Of a stretch of DNA of 34,414 nt, positions 1-12,295 are shown piece after piece. The position numbers and the translations under genes are program-made. This DNA is from Octopus bimaculoides (lineage: Eukaryota), in NCBI RefSeq assembly GCF_001194135.2, contig NC_068989.1, positions 53,750,598-53,785,011 of the forward strand. Direction: 5' to 3'. The stretch's first letter is position 1; each line of letters starts with the position of its first letter. The notes beneath the pieces were generated by a model that did not search any database, was not told the DNA's origin, and saw only the letters and a list, made by a program, of their open reading frames with translations.

Positions 1-1905
1 ATATATATATATATATATATAGCCTTGAAGTAGATAGTGAAATAGATAGTAGAAATACATGAAGAGAACAGCCTTCGCTTATTCATTTAGTGTGAAGCTA
101 TAAAGCAGCCATCTATTACCTATCTCCATGTTCCTGAAACATCTGCTTCGCATTTACTATGTATACTTATGTGTTTGTTATAAAGTTTGTGTTATTGTAA
201 TTATGCAATAAATGTACATGAACAAAATTATAGTACACAATACATATAGCATATATATATGATAGACATATATAATGCTATAAAAATTCAACGTCCAGTT
301 TATGCCAAACAATCATCAGAATATGAACTCACCTAATTTCTAGACATTTCTGGTGTATATGGATTGTTAAGCATGTTGAATGTTCTGTATTACGTTTTGA
401 CCAAATGTTTCTAAAGTTATATGTAACCAGTTACGTATAAATATGGCCAGGGATAAGTTATAGTTTGAAATATGAAAATGTGAAGGCTTTAAAACATTTT
501 CTAAGTATTTAATTAGAAATATTTTCAAAATATAATAGCATAATATGTAAAGGAAAATATAAAGGTTGGAAGGATTGACTTATTATAAAATATGAGATGA
601 GGCATGTTTGTTAGTGGATTAACAATAAACAAGAAGATAGAGAGTTTCTGATGTTTCTGTTGAATAGTTACATATTGATCGATTTTACTATATGAAAAGC
701 AACGATCAGAGATACAGAAATAGAAAATATTGAGTTTATTTTAATAAATTTTTTGTGATATATTATTCTATTAAAACTTCAAAGCTGAAAAAGAATATAA
801 TGTGACAATCTTCCATGTAAATGTATTAATCTCTTCAGTTGATTAATTATACAACAGATGGTGCTTTTCGAAGTGTTGATATTTAGTGAAATTCTCTTAT
901 CTGACATTTTTTCATTTGTAACTTTATTGATGTTTTAATGTTTTATGACTATGGCGATCTTCTCAGGTAGACATAAACCACAAAATATTGTCATATCTTT
1001 AAGCCAACTTCATCCCTCGAGAATTTAAAAAAAATTTAATGTTGAAAACATTACTGTTTTTTCAAACTTACAACACAATTACAAAGTTTTTGGTATTTCG
1101 TTTTTCTATATTTCTGAAAGAAGGAGTATGGTTGAAGTGTCCTTATTGAATGTTGCCAAATATCGTACGTATACAGTATTACACGCGATTTGGTTGAAGT
1201 GTCTTCTAATTCACATATACTTCAGTATTGTATGATTTGTTAAGGAGACTTTAGATGGTTTAGCTGGTTTATGTTATTAAGTTTTAATGTTAGTTATAAA
1301 TACATTTATAACTCATTTAAGTTTGTTTCTATTGAATAATCTTCTGTATATGAGCATGCACACTCACAACACACGTACACGCACGCATACAACAGACACA
1401 GACACATATATATGAAAGTTACTGTGTCTGTGTGCTTGTGAAATACTAGTGTTGATTTACAATAAAAATAATGAATTAGAATGAATTCTAGTTCGTTACC
1501 TTATGATAATATATAACGATAAAATATAAAGCAATATAAAAATAAATCATGAAAATATTTATTCTGCACAAAAGAATGTGAAATGGAAATCGCCTCACAA
1601 AAAATTTAGACTGGACACGTTGCGAACATATATGTTTGTTCGGTCAGGGCAAACATGGGGTTAAAAGATATAACAACAAACTCAGAATTAAATTGAAAGC
1701 TAGCAACAACAACAACAATCCCTGAACAGCGGATACCGGATAAAATTTGTGTCTATGAAGGGCTGTATATGTTAGCCATTATACTTTACACTGCATTCAA
1801 CCATATTACTTTTATCGTCCTAAGAACAATTCGATGCTGGAATTAGAATAGTTTCATAATCGACCAATAATATCTTAAGGAGAGTCTATGTGGCAACTTG
1901 AACGT

Positions 1906-1960
1906 GCTAGAAATGGCAGCCATAGCTTTCTAAAATCACAACCTACAGTCTTAAAACAAA
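1906..1960 (+). repeat. Fragment of a further old interspersed repeat; a second copy lies at about 29365-29424
   Basis: gctagaaatggcagccatagctttctaaaatcacaacctacagtcttaaaa resembles gtcagaaatagtagccaagtctccctgaaataactgcctcttaccgtcttaaaa. Confidence 0.4.
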
Positions 1961-2791
1961 AGAGTGGCATGTTTCACGATATATTCTTTAAAAAATGAGA
2001 TTAGTTAGTCACAATCAGAATACTGTTGAATATAAATCGATTAAGTCGGGTAGGTTTAGACAAAATCATCAACAATAGTAGCATGAAAATCAGAAGATAG
2101 AGACCAAAAAAATCGTTAAATAACGCATCCGTTCACATATCTTTTATATAACAATCATTATTCAGTGTTTTGTTTACTAGTTTTCCTCTAACATAAGATA
2201 TCGATCGATCAATCAATCTATCGACTAACGAATTTAAAGTAATTTATGCGAGAAGGAACATAGACGTTCAGTTTACATCAATGAAGCACCTCAGAATGTT
2301 ACAAGGAAGATAATAACGAGGAAAATCACAATGACTTATTGATTGGCTCGTAGAATCATTATTGGAACTCTCTCGTCCAACAGAGGCTATTGCACCACAC
2401 ACATACATACAAATAACTACAAATATGATACATATATTATGTAATGTTATATTATATTATTTTAGCTTAATGCAGAGTGGGCCATAATGAAGGGACATAT
2501 TCTAAAAGATAGTATCTTGGATTATAAAAATCATAGATTACCAAATACATCTATTACATAATTGATATACAGCAGTTCAATATATTATCTAAGATTTTAC
2601 TATTTATCCCGGTAGTTGGTGCTTGTGACACGTACAATATCGTGGACTCCAAAAGGAATTACATACGTGATCTAAGGATTCATCGTTGTAGCTTAAAGAA
2701 AATTCCGACAGCATTTTAGAAAGCGACAGGCACCATCCTGAAAGGTGATCCTGTGTGCTGTTACAAATTTCTGCGAGAAAGGTAGTTGCAG

Positions 2792-2842
2792 CATATCAAG
2801 CACACTACAGTTAATATGTTAAACTGTAGCGTGCTTGATATG
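2792..2842. repeat. Inverted repeat, 21-bp arms (20/21), 9-nt loop
   Basis: CATATCAAGCACACTACAGTT / AACTGTAGCGTGCTTGATATG. Confidence 0.9.
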
Positions 2843-3254
2843 AAGAAGCGAGCTCATGACTGTTCTCTTCGTGGTGTTGACCATCTACAGGATGTAATAT
2901 TCAAATTTTAGATAATATATTGAACTTCTGTATATCAGTTATGTAATAAATATATTTGGTACTCTATGTCATTTTTATAATCCAAGTTACTACTATCATT
3001 TGAAATATGTCCCATTATTATGGCCTAACCTATATAACATAATGCGGACAAAGAAAATTAAATGTCAACAGAAATTCTCATTTCACGCCTTGATTGAGTC
3101 TTCACATCTCCTAAGTCACAATCACTATTTGCTTTGTACTAATACTTTAGTTTGAGCGTAAGTAGATAGGTATGTGTATTTACATACGTCTACATATGCA
3201 TGTGTGTATGTATGTGTGCGCGCGCGCGCATTTACTGCTGGTTCTGGAGGAAGG

Positions 3255-3496
3255 ACCACTACCTATGAGATTAACGCTATTAATGTTCTTGTTGAAAGTT
3301 TTCAAGTCAATTCGTTTGGGATAGATATGATCAGAGAGTGAATTCCAGAGGGCCGACGTTCTGAGAAAGAAGAACGTAGCGATGAATTAGAGGCTTATTG
3401 GAGTTAGACGCAACGAGAAATCTGGGAAGATGAGTGTGGTTGGAGAAACTGAGTGGAGGTGTTATAAGCCCGACCAGCTCCAAGAAGTAATTCTAG
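3255..3496 (-). mobile_element. 3' end of a decayed Jockey/CR1-like LINE ORF2
   Basis: Frameshifted translation ELVGLITPPLSFS...FFLRTSALWNSLSDHIYPKRIDLKTFNKNIN matches the typical FF.RT..LWNSL...F...I C-terminus of APE-type LINE ORF2. Confidence 0.7.
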
Positions 3497-3973
3497 GTAC
3501 CGTGGTACTAGATATTCAACTACCCTTTCGGCTTTAATCTGGAATTTTATAGACGAAAAGGGACTAGTTTCGACAATCAAATGGAAGATCTCCAAAACCT
3601 GATCCTATATTAAAGGGGCCAAAAAACATTCAGTATGTTCTCTTGAAAAACTACATCTACTAAAGAAATTGAGAACTTCCAACGAATACATAAATTCCAG
3701 GAAAGAGATTTTCTCAGTATGTCCGCCTTTAAGAAATACATCTTGTCGGAATTTAAAAGTAAACCACCGGGTACTTAGTAAACCATTGACATCTTGCTTA
3801 CGTCTGCTTGACATCGAATTATTGTAACGTTGGTTATCTCCCTTCTATTTTTTCTTCTTGTTTTTACCAGCATCACTTCCTTAAACGTCATCTGTTCAAA
3901 AGACAACTGAGAAACGGTCTTGTTTCCAGCTTGAAAAATGGTGAAATAGATCATTTCGACCAAGAAACCCTGG

Positions 3974-4010
<37 letters not shown>

Positions 4011-4300
4011 AACAAACACACAACACGCACACACATTGCAAGCATATATACACGCACTTCATATAAATCATTATTTTACTGTGAATATCTATGTTGACAA
4101 ATTGAGTCCGTTTAATCTGACCGAAGAGCCTACTTAGAATAGAGACGTAAATTCTAAAATTCCAAAACAATTTATTTTTAATAAATATAAAGAAACACAC
4201 ACTTAATACAAAATTATAAGTTATTTGTTTTTGTGTACTAATGACTTTTCACTGTTTTAGTTTCCTCTCCATTTTTCTATTTATTATGGGAAGTAATGAC

Positions 4301-4447
4301 AGTTCAAGTTTAGCTAAGGTCGGATTCGCCTTTCGTCCATTTTGGATCGATGAAATAAGTACCAGTTACGCACTGGTGTCGATGTAATCGATCACTCCCC
4401 TCCCACCCCAAATGTTAGATCCTGTGCCTATACCAGAAAGAATAATT
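4301..4447 (+). mobile_element. SINE family A, 5'-truncated copy (tail beta)
   Basis: Core gatgaaataagtaccagttacgcactggtgtcgatgtaatcga and tail cctgtgcctataccagaaag are shared with other copies in the window. Confidence 0.75.
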
Positions 4448-4450
4448 GGA

Positions 4451-4623
4451 AATATTGGTTTCAAATTTTAACACAAGGTCAGCAAGCTCTGGCTGGTACT
4501 TATTTTATCAACTCCAAATGGATGAAGGGCAAATTCACCCTCGTCAGAATTTGACATAAAAACGAACGATATGCCACTCAGCATTTTGCCCGTTGTTCTA
4601 ACGACTCTGCCAGCTCGCTGCCT
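4451..4623 (-). mobile_element. SINE family A copy with internal deletion (tail gamma)
   Basis: Reverse complement of head ggcagcgagctggcagagtcgttag, core and tail ccttgtgttaaaatttgaaaccaatatt. Confidence 0.75.
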
Positions 4624-4643
4624 GATTATTGGAAATATTATCA

Positions 4644-4866
4644 AGGCGGTGACCTAGCAGAATCGTCAGTGAATCGGACAAAATGCTTAGTGGCACTTTC
4701 ATTCGGTTTTTAATGTACTGGGCTCAAATGTAGCCAAAGGCCAACTTTGCCTTTCATCCTCTCGAACTCAATAAAACAAAATACTAGATTAGTTTTGAGG
4801 TCAATATAATTGCCTGACTTTCTCTCTAAAGTTGCTGTCCTTGTGTCAAAACTTGAAACCGTTATT
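4644..4866 (+). mobile_element. SINE family A full-length diverged copy (tail gamma)
   Basis: Head aggcggtgacctagcagaatcg, core actttgcctttcatcct and tail gttgctgtccttgtgtcaaaacttgaaacc. Confidence 0.8.
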
Positions 4867-5911
4867 AAAAATAGCGTTCCTGATTTTAATTAATCATTTA
4901 AACTATAATTTTTATCTTTGTTATTCACAATACTGCTGTGCAAAATAAGCCAATAAATTGAATCATCATTTGACTTATTGAAATTAAAAGTAATTCATAA
5001 CAGAAAATTCCTACATGCCACATATATCTCCATTATATTGGTCAAACTATATATTTTTTTCTTCTTCAACAAATATGGATGTCATCTCTCCCACAAGATC
5101 GTTGAAACGTAAGTTCTTGGTCTCAAGCGAATTAAAGGAATTTATGTTTTGAGATTTAATTACAAATAATGGATCTGATATATTCGGCAACATCTTACAT
5201 AACATTATATGAAATGTTGTTCAACATTATTTGTATTAAAATCTTAGAAGACGATCAGTAAATCATAAAATAAATTTTATATTTCTAGTAATGGAAGAAA
5301 GTAATTTGTACCAAAAACAAACAAACAAACAAACAAAAAAGAACAACAACAAAAACCCCGAAAATATACAGTAGTAACAGACATAAGACTATTGTATGTG
5401 AGCAACTTAAAGAACGTAATATATATTAATAAAATTTAATAAAATCAGTGCTAGTGACCTATGAAAATTCTACGGGTTTCGTTAGCTGATGTAACAGCAG
5501 CTTACTAAATTAATACGTTTCTTTTAAAAAATATATCATCCTTTTTTAGGATAGCATATCACCAAATAAACGGGCTTATTAATTTCTTTTTTAAGTTTTC
5601 TTTTTATTAAAATACACGTAAGAACATAGCTAATGAAAACAACTTTCTAAATTTTCCCAATAATAATCTAATACTATTATTAATTTTTCCTTCCATTCAC
5701 TTATCGTATCAGTGATTTTTATTGCTTTTGCTAGCGAGCAAAATCATATTTTCCCACCGAAGTAGTTCGTTTGAATAAATCGATATACTACTGTTCCTTT
5801 CATATAAATATAAACATTTTTGTCAGTAAAACATGTTTCCTCCTTAGAACAAAATTTCTGGAGCGTGACACGAAAGATAAGACAATGCTTGTACAATATA
5901 TCGATGGTACA

Positions 5912-6145
5912 AGGCGGCGAGCTGGCAGAAACGTTAGCACGCCGGGCGAAATGCTTAGCGGTATTTCGTCTGCCATTACGTTCTGAGTTCAAATTCCGCC
6001 GAGGTCGACTTTGCTTTTCATCCTTCCGCTGTCGATAAATTAAGTACCAGTTACGCACTGGGGTCGATTTAAAATGACTTAATCCCTTTGTCTGGTCTTG
6101 TTTGTCCCCTCTATGTTTAGCCCCTTGTGGGCAATAAAGAAATAA
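5912..6145 (+). mobile_element. SINE family A, young full-length copy (tail alpha); tRNA-derived Pol III head
   Basis: A-box-like GCTGGCAGAAACG, B-box GAGTTCAAATTCC (5985-5997), core TTTCATCCTT...GTCGATAAATTAAGTACCAGT. Octopus tRNA-derived SINEs (OK/OR1/OR2) are the established candidates; the family name was not verified. Confidence 0.88.
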
Positions 6146-6328
6146 GAAACGTTAACACGTGGGTATTTCGTCTGTCTTTATGTTCTGAGCTCAAATTCCG
6201 TCGAGGTCGACTTTGCCTTTCCTCCTTTCGGGGTCGATAAATTAAGTACCAGTTGCGTTCTGGGTCGATCTAATCGACTGGCCCCCAACCCCAAAATTTC
6301 GAGACTTGTGCCTAGTGTAGAAATAGAT
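6146..6328 (+). mobile_element. SINE family A second monomer fused to the preceding copy (tail beta)
   Basis: Starts at GAAACGTTAACACG directly after tail alpha, with the same B-box and core and tail ccaaaatttcgagacttgtgcctagtgtagaaa. Confidence 0.85.
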
Positions 6329-6981
6329 ATATATATGTACTGNNNNNNNNNNNNNNNNNNNNNNNNNNNNNNNNNNNNNNNNNNNNNNNNNNNNNNNNNN
6401 NNNNNNNNNNNNNNNNNNNNNNNNNNNNNNNNNNNNNNNNNNNNNNNNNNNNNNNNNNNNNNNNNNNNNNNNNNNNNNNNNNNNNNNNNNNNNNNNNNNN
6501 NNNNNNNNNNNNNNNNNNNNNNNNNNNNNNNNNNNNNNNNNNNNNNNNNNNNNNNNNNNNNNNNNNNNNNNNNNNNNNNNNNNNNNNNNNNNNNNNNNNN
6601 NNNNNNNNNNNNNNNNNNNNNNNNNNNNNNNNNNNNNNNNNNNNNNNNNNNNNNNNNNNNNNNNNNNNNNNNNNNNNNNNNNNNNNNNNNNNNNNNNNNN
6701 NNNNNNNNNNNNNNNNNNNNNNNNNNNNNNNNNNNNNNNNNNNNNNNNNNNNNNNNNNNNNNNNNNNNNNNNNNNNNNNNNNNNNNNNNNNNNNNNNNNN
6801 NNNNNNNNNNNNNNNNNNNNNNNNNNNNNNNNNNNNNNNNNNNNNNNNNNNNNNNNNNNNNNNNNNNNNNNNNNNNNNNNNNNNNNNNNNNNNNNNNNNN
6901 NNNNNNNNNNNNNNNNNNNNNNNNNNNNNNNNNNNNNNNNNNNNNNNATATATATATGCATATGTACATATGTATATGTAC

Positions 6982-7935
6982 GTCCTGTTATTTGTATTTG
7001 TGTACCATTTCACCGTTTTTTCCGTCTTTGTTTTCGTATACATTCGCTGCTTTCTTCCAAAGAATCTAGCGCTCTTAGTTTAGTTTTTGTTTGGGGCTGG
7101 CAAGACTGGAGCAATCACGAGTATAACCAGCCGAAATTGCAAAGATAATCTGGAATTCGTCTGAAGAAAGAAAACTCCGAATGACCCGTCCTTGCTTTCT
7201 TTGTATCGACTGTCTGGATGTTTTGTGGTCTCTTTTTTGTATCACCTAACTATCTGTATGTTTTACATTCTTGTCCCATTTTTGTATCTTTTATATATAA
7301 AAATATAGCAGTGTACGTACACTTTGGTTTCTTATATGTAAGTATATATATCTGAATTTTGTACGACTCTATTATTCTTTCTATTCTTTCTTTCTTTCCT
7401 TCTTCCTCTCAGCCCCTTCAACCTTACTTCGATCATTCTACTATTCGTTCTTTCGTTCCGCCTCTTTCAGATTTCCTGGCATTCTCTTCATGCTCACCCT
7501 CCTTTCTCTTTCACTTCACTCTGTCGCTTTCATTTTTTTCTCGCCCCTCCTTAATTTTCTATCCCTCTGCCTCTACTTCTCTCTCTTCTCTCCCCACATG
7601 ACCGGTGTTCGGCCAAGCCTGAGCTTTCTTTCTTGGTTCGACTACCCTCTGTGCAACATCTATATTCCTCCCTGCGAGGAATGTTATGTCCCTGCCGTAA
7701 GGCATTACTTCCACACACGCCAGCTTAATTTAATTCGTCCTTAGTCGAAAGACACCCGTTGTTAATGTCCTATTATTTGTATTTGTGTACCATTTCCGTC
7801 CTTCTTTACGTATACATTCGCTGCTTTCTTCCAAGGAATCTAGTGCTCTTAGATTAGTTTTTCCTTGGGGCTGGCCAGATTGGAGCAATCTCGAGTATAA
7901 CCAGCCGAAATTGCAAAGATAACTGGAACTCGACT
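6982..7935. mobile_element. Unclassified element: about 175-bp direct repeats (6982-7162 and 7767-7935, period 785 bp) around a pyrimidine-rich core
   Basis: Both repeats read gtcct.ttatttgtatttgtgtaccattt...tatacattcgctgctttcttccaa.gaatctag.gctcttag...gagtataaccagccgaaattgcaaagataa. Confidence 0.75.
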
Positions 7936-8387
7936 AATTTTTACTTGGTGATAAACTTCTTCATATGTATGCTCTTTCTCATTAATAAATACTTTATTTT
8001 CTTCGCGTCAGTCTAAACAAAATTGTTTTCTTAATTCATTTTACGACAGTAAAATAGGAGACCACATATATATGTGTGTGTACGCGCGTGCGCGCGCGTG
8101 TGTGCGTGTATCCAAGTACGTGTAATTAACATAAAGTGGTTAGTAGATACATACTGCAAATTACATAATCGAGATTTATTGGAAAATCGTCAGAAGCGTG
8201 ACGCTAAGTTTTATACGTAACAATATTGTAATGGAAAGACGTTGACAGAACCAGCCGTCATGAAGCACAAGATATATATCTGTGTGTGATTTATATACAC
8301 ATATATGCATATATTTATATGTATGTATGAATTTCGAAATATTTAGCTCCTTCCCTTTCTCGCCCCCTCTTTCTTTCTTTCTTTCTT

Positions 8388-8434
<47 letters not shown>

Positions 8435-9018
8435 CTCTCTCTCTCTCTCTCTCTCNNNNNNNNNNNNNNNNNNNNNNNNNNNNNNNNNNNNNNNNNNNNN
8501 NNNNNNNNNNNNNNNNNNNNNNNNNNNNNNNNNNNNNNNNNNNNNNNNNNNNNNNNNNNNNNNNNNNNNNNNNNNNNNNNNNNNNNNNNNNNNNNNNNNN
8601 NNNNNNNNNNNNNNNNNNNNNNNNNNNNNNNNNNNNNNNNNNNNNNNNNNNNNNNNNNNNNNNNNNNNNNNNNNNNNNNNNNNNNNNNNNNNNNNNNNNN
8701 NNNNNNNNNNNNNNNNNNNNNNNNNNNNNNNNNNNNNNNNNNNNNNNNNNNNNNNNNNNNNNNNNNNNNNNNNNNNNNNNNNNNNNNNNNNNNNNNNNNN
8801 NNNNNNNNNNNNNNNNNNNNNNNNNNNNNNNNNNNNNNNNNNNNNNNNNNNNNNNNNNNNNNNNNNNNNNNNNNNNNNNNNNNNNNNNNNNNNNNNNNNN
8901 NNNNNNNNNNNNNNNNNNNNNNNNNNNNNNNNNNNNNNNNNNNNNNNNNNNNNNNNNNNNNNNNNNNNNNNNNNNNNNNNNNNNNNNNNNNNNNNNNNNN
9001 NNNNNNNNNNNNNNNNNN

Positions 9019-9872
9019 CTTCACAGATCCGATCACTTACGCCGAATGTCTCTCTCAAACGCTTCAAAACGTCGCAGTGGAACTCTCAACTGACGATCTG
9101 GCACGGGGGGGGGGCGAATTCTCCATACACAATACCGCGGATGTCGAAAACAAAAATATGATGAGCATGCTCTTCATTGAGTTGCGGCTCTGTTGTGCCT
9201 TGTTCGCTCGAGGAGATCAAAGCCTCTTCCACTGCGACGACAGCTGCTTCGTCTCTGGGTCGTACCCGTAAACCCAACTCTCTTCACCAATGATGACGCT
9301 CGGCATGAAAGATGGGTCATCAGTGGCATGCTGACAGAGATCTTTATAGACTTCGACGCGATTTTATTTCTGCTTAGGGGTCAGTAAACGGGGGGACAAA
9401 CTTGGCAGAGCACGCCACATGTTCAACTCAGAAGATTTCATGCTCAAACCGATGAATTTTCCCTACATTTCCGGGGGTGACGCTCGTGGCAGGTCTTCCA
9501 GATTGCTCATCGCCTTTCAAGGACGTTCTTCCGCTTTTGAAGCGCTCGTACCATTCGAAACTTTGCGCACGAACCATTGCTTCGTCGCTGTATGCTTGCT
9601 GAAACATACTCAATGCCTCTGTAGCCGACTTCTCAAGTTGAAGGCAAAATTTCACGTTGGCTCTTTGTTCCTGTCCATGCCAAAATCGCAGACTACATCA
9701 TGCATGTGATCGCAAAAACAGAAATTTCACAACTTATGAAGTAAACACAACGTTGTCACTCGGCTCACTGCCTCGTAAAGGACACTGCTAGCTCTCACTG
9801 CGCACACAACCTTGTGTTACCATCTGTTGGTGCGTTACAAGACTAGTCCGGGAACTATTTGATACCACCTCG
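9019..9872 (-). mobile_element. Mariner (DD34D) DNA transposon relic with 5' TIR and TA target; the rest is lost in an N gap
   Basis: Minus frames give MKFCLQLEKSATEA...FEWYERFKSGRTSL...SGRPATS (HTH), KFVPRLL, VIIGEESWVYGYDPETKQLSSQWK and KSMLIIF..DIRGIVY. The TIR reads TA-CGAGGTGGTATCAAATAGTTCCCGGACT on the minus strand (9845-9872, TA at 9873-9874). Stops and frameshifts are present. Confidence 0.92.
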
Positions 9873-10009
9873 TAGAGTGTGCATGTGTAACTCACGCCTA
9901 CATCCCCCTTCTCCACCTTCAACATCTACATCCACCCAACCATATTCTTGTCATGGTCTAGCCGGAACGGAACATATAGAAAATGAAAGAAACGTGGAAG
10001 TGGGGTGCT

Positions 10010-10140
10010 GCATCGACAATCAGTTGAGCACACTAGGGCAATGTAAAATGAAATGCCTAGCTCAAGGACAAAACACACTGCTCACTTCAAGAATGAAACC
10101 CGGCCCCGCGTCATTGTGATCATGAGCAAAGCAACTACAC
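10010..10140 (-). mobile_element. Degenerate tRNA-derived SINE family B (a plus-strand relative lies at about 12870-13010)
   Basis: Minus gtccttgagctaggcatttcatttt versus plus gactttgagtaaggcattttctt; B-box-like gtcgattcc at about 12914. Confidence 0.45.
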
Positions 10141-10522
10141 GCCTTTACACACACGCTCGTACAGACGCAGGTTTGTACGTGCGTGTTTTCTGATTATTTG
10201 AGAAAATACATCAAAAGAGAAATACAGTAATTGGAGAAAGACATAAATTTTGAGAGGAGGAGGAGGAGGAAGAGCGAGAATATATAATGCATATCTAAGT
10301 GAAAAACTGAGAGTGTGAGTGAGAAAGTGAGTGAGAAAGATGAGTGAGGGGGAAATAGACAGATAGATGTACTCACACTCTCTCGCTCTTTTGCTCTTTA
10401 TAAATACATACGTATGTATGTATGTATGTATGTATGTATGTATGTATGTATGCATATGTACATTATATATGTCTGTACATGAATGTAGGTGCGTCTGTGT
10501 GAATGTTAGTACGCAGAAACAG

Positions 10523-10577
<55 letters not shown>

Positions 10578-11012
10578 CACACACAAACGGAAACAAGGAA
10601 GCAGTTTAAGAAGGAATTATACTGTCTCATTGAAGAATCAGCCTTTGCTAACTACCTCTGTGTCTAAGCAGTCTTTGATATGGTGCTCAGGCCAGTTATG
10701 TGAGAATGTCCGCCATTGATAAGACTACTTTATCGAAACATTTATCATTCATTTAGATTTTCCTTTAATCTTTCAACAACTGCAAGCTCTGATTGGTTCC
10801 TATTTAGCTGGTTGTTGTTGTGTTGCGTGTTCTCATTTCTTTGAAGACGAAGAAAACTTTCGCGCTAGTAGAGGCTTGTGGAATGTTTCATATATGTGTA
10901 TTTATACATATATTTAATACATGCATACATGTACTCATACTCACACATGCCTACAGACACACATACTTGTATTCATACATACGTACACACACAAACACAT
11001 ATACGCAAACAT

Positions 11013-11051
<39 letters not shown>

Positions 11052-11185
11052 GTGTATGTATACACACACGTGTATATATATATGTTCGCATACATATAAT
11101 ATGTATTGTTTCTGAATTGTTCTCAACTAACATAATACACCACTGAATTCTTTCTGAGCGATAACTGCATATCTGTAAATTAGTC

Positions 11186-11248
11186 TGGTGGATGTGGTGG
11201 TGGTGGTGGTGGTGGTGGTGGTGGTGGTCGTAGTGGTGGTAGTGGTTT

Positions 11249-11298
<50 letters not shown>

Positions 11299-11340
11299 GT
11301 AGCAGCAGTAATGGTGGTGGCGATAGTGGTGGCGATGGTG
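11186..11340 (+). repeat. Compound (GTG)n/(GTA)n microsatellite
   Basis: Direct reading. Confidence 0.9.
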
Positions 11341-11399
11341 TTTTATCAGTCATTTAACCGATGTCTATTCAATTGTTCAACTAACTGAAACTCTTATTC

Positions 11400-11600
11400 G
11401 TTAGTTTAGCAAGCAAATGGTTGAGTATCCCACGCATACGTGTACTCGTAATTTAACGTTCAGTTTCATTCAAATTGACAGTGCATAACAAACCTGAGCC
11501 CTTTAAATTACCCCAATACGATAACAAAAGACACTTGTCAAGCTCCCACACATTGGGATTGAACTCGAGATCTTATAATTACGATGCTAATTGTGTAATC
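11400..11600 (-). mobile_element. Degenerate SINE family C copy
   Basis: agcaaatggttgagtatcccacgcatacgtgtactc aligns with tgtaagtggctgaacactccacagacacgtgtaccc at about 27545; B-box remnant gggattgaactc. Confidence 0.55.
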
Positions 11601-11660
11601 TTCAGATATGCCCGGTTTTAAACCAGCCCTTTAATTTATCGCAGCATTTATCTCACCATT

Positions 11661-12295
11661 TGGTGGTGAGCTGGTAGAATCGTTTGGACGCCGGGCGAAT
11701 TGCTCGGCGGCATTTCGTCCATCTTTACGCTCTGAGTTCAAATTCTGCCGAGGTCGATTTTGTTTATCATCCTTTCGGAGCCCACAAAATAATTACTTGT
11801 GGACTAGGCCTGATATAATCGACTGGCGCACTTCTTTGGACTTGCTGACCTTGTACCAAAATTTGAACTCAATATTCTATCATTAAGGCAGCGAGCTGGT
11901 AGAAATGTTTGCAGTCCGGGCAAAATGCTCAGTGGTATTTTGTCCGTGTTTAAGTTCTGAATTCAAATCCCACCGAGGTCGATATCATCACTTCGGAGTC
12001 GATAAATTAAGTACCAGTTTAACCCCACTCCTGTTGTGGACCAAATTTCAGGCCTTGTGGCTATAGTAGAAAAGAATATTCATTTTATCATTAAAACGTT
12101 GAGTTGGTAGAATCGTTAGCACGCCCGGCAAAATGCCTAGCGGAATTACGTCCGTCTTTACGAACTGAGTTCAAATTCCGTCGAGGTCCGCTTTGTCTTT
12201 TGGGCGTCGATAAAATTAGTATCAGTCTAACAATGAGGTCGATGTAATTGACTTATTCCGACCCACGGAATTGCCAAAATTTGAAACCAATATTT
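11661..12295 (+). mobile_element. Three head-to-tail SINE family A copies (about 11661-11876, 11886-12080, 12097-12295)
   Basis: Each has the gagctggtagaa head, a GTTCAAAT B-box-like motif, gaggtcg core and a beta or gamma tail. Confidence 0.85.

Noticed and set aside
3556-3600. Minus-strand GTCGAAACTAGTC resembling the 3' half of a PLE hammerhead
   Set aside because: No recognisable CUGANGA core or stem II upstream; could be chance or too decayed to call.
3600-3960. Possible decayed coding fragment next to the LINE piece
   Set aside because: No frame gave a motif I could assign (no GIY-YIG, RT or transposase signature).
7161-7192. CTGAAGA...CCGAATGACCCGTC as a hammerhead
   Set aside because: GAAU instead of GAAA, no 15.1-16.1 pair, damaged stem II and no stem I partner in this copy; kept only as a hint in the direct-repeat finding.
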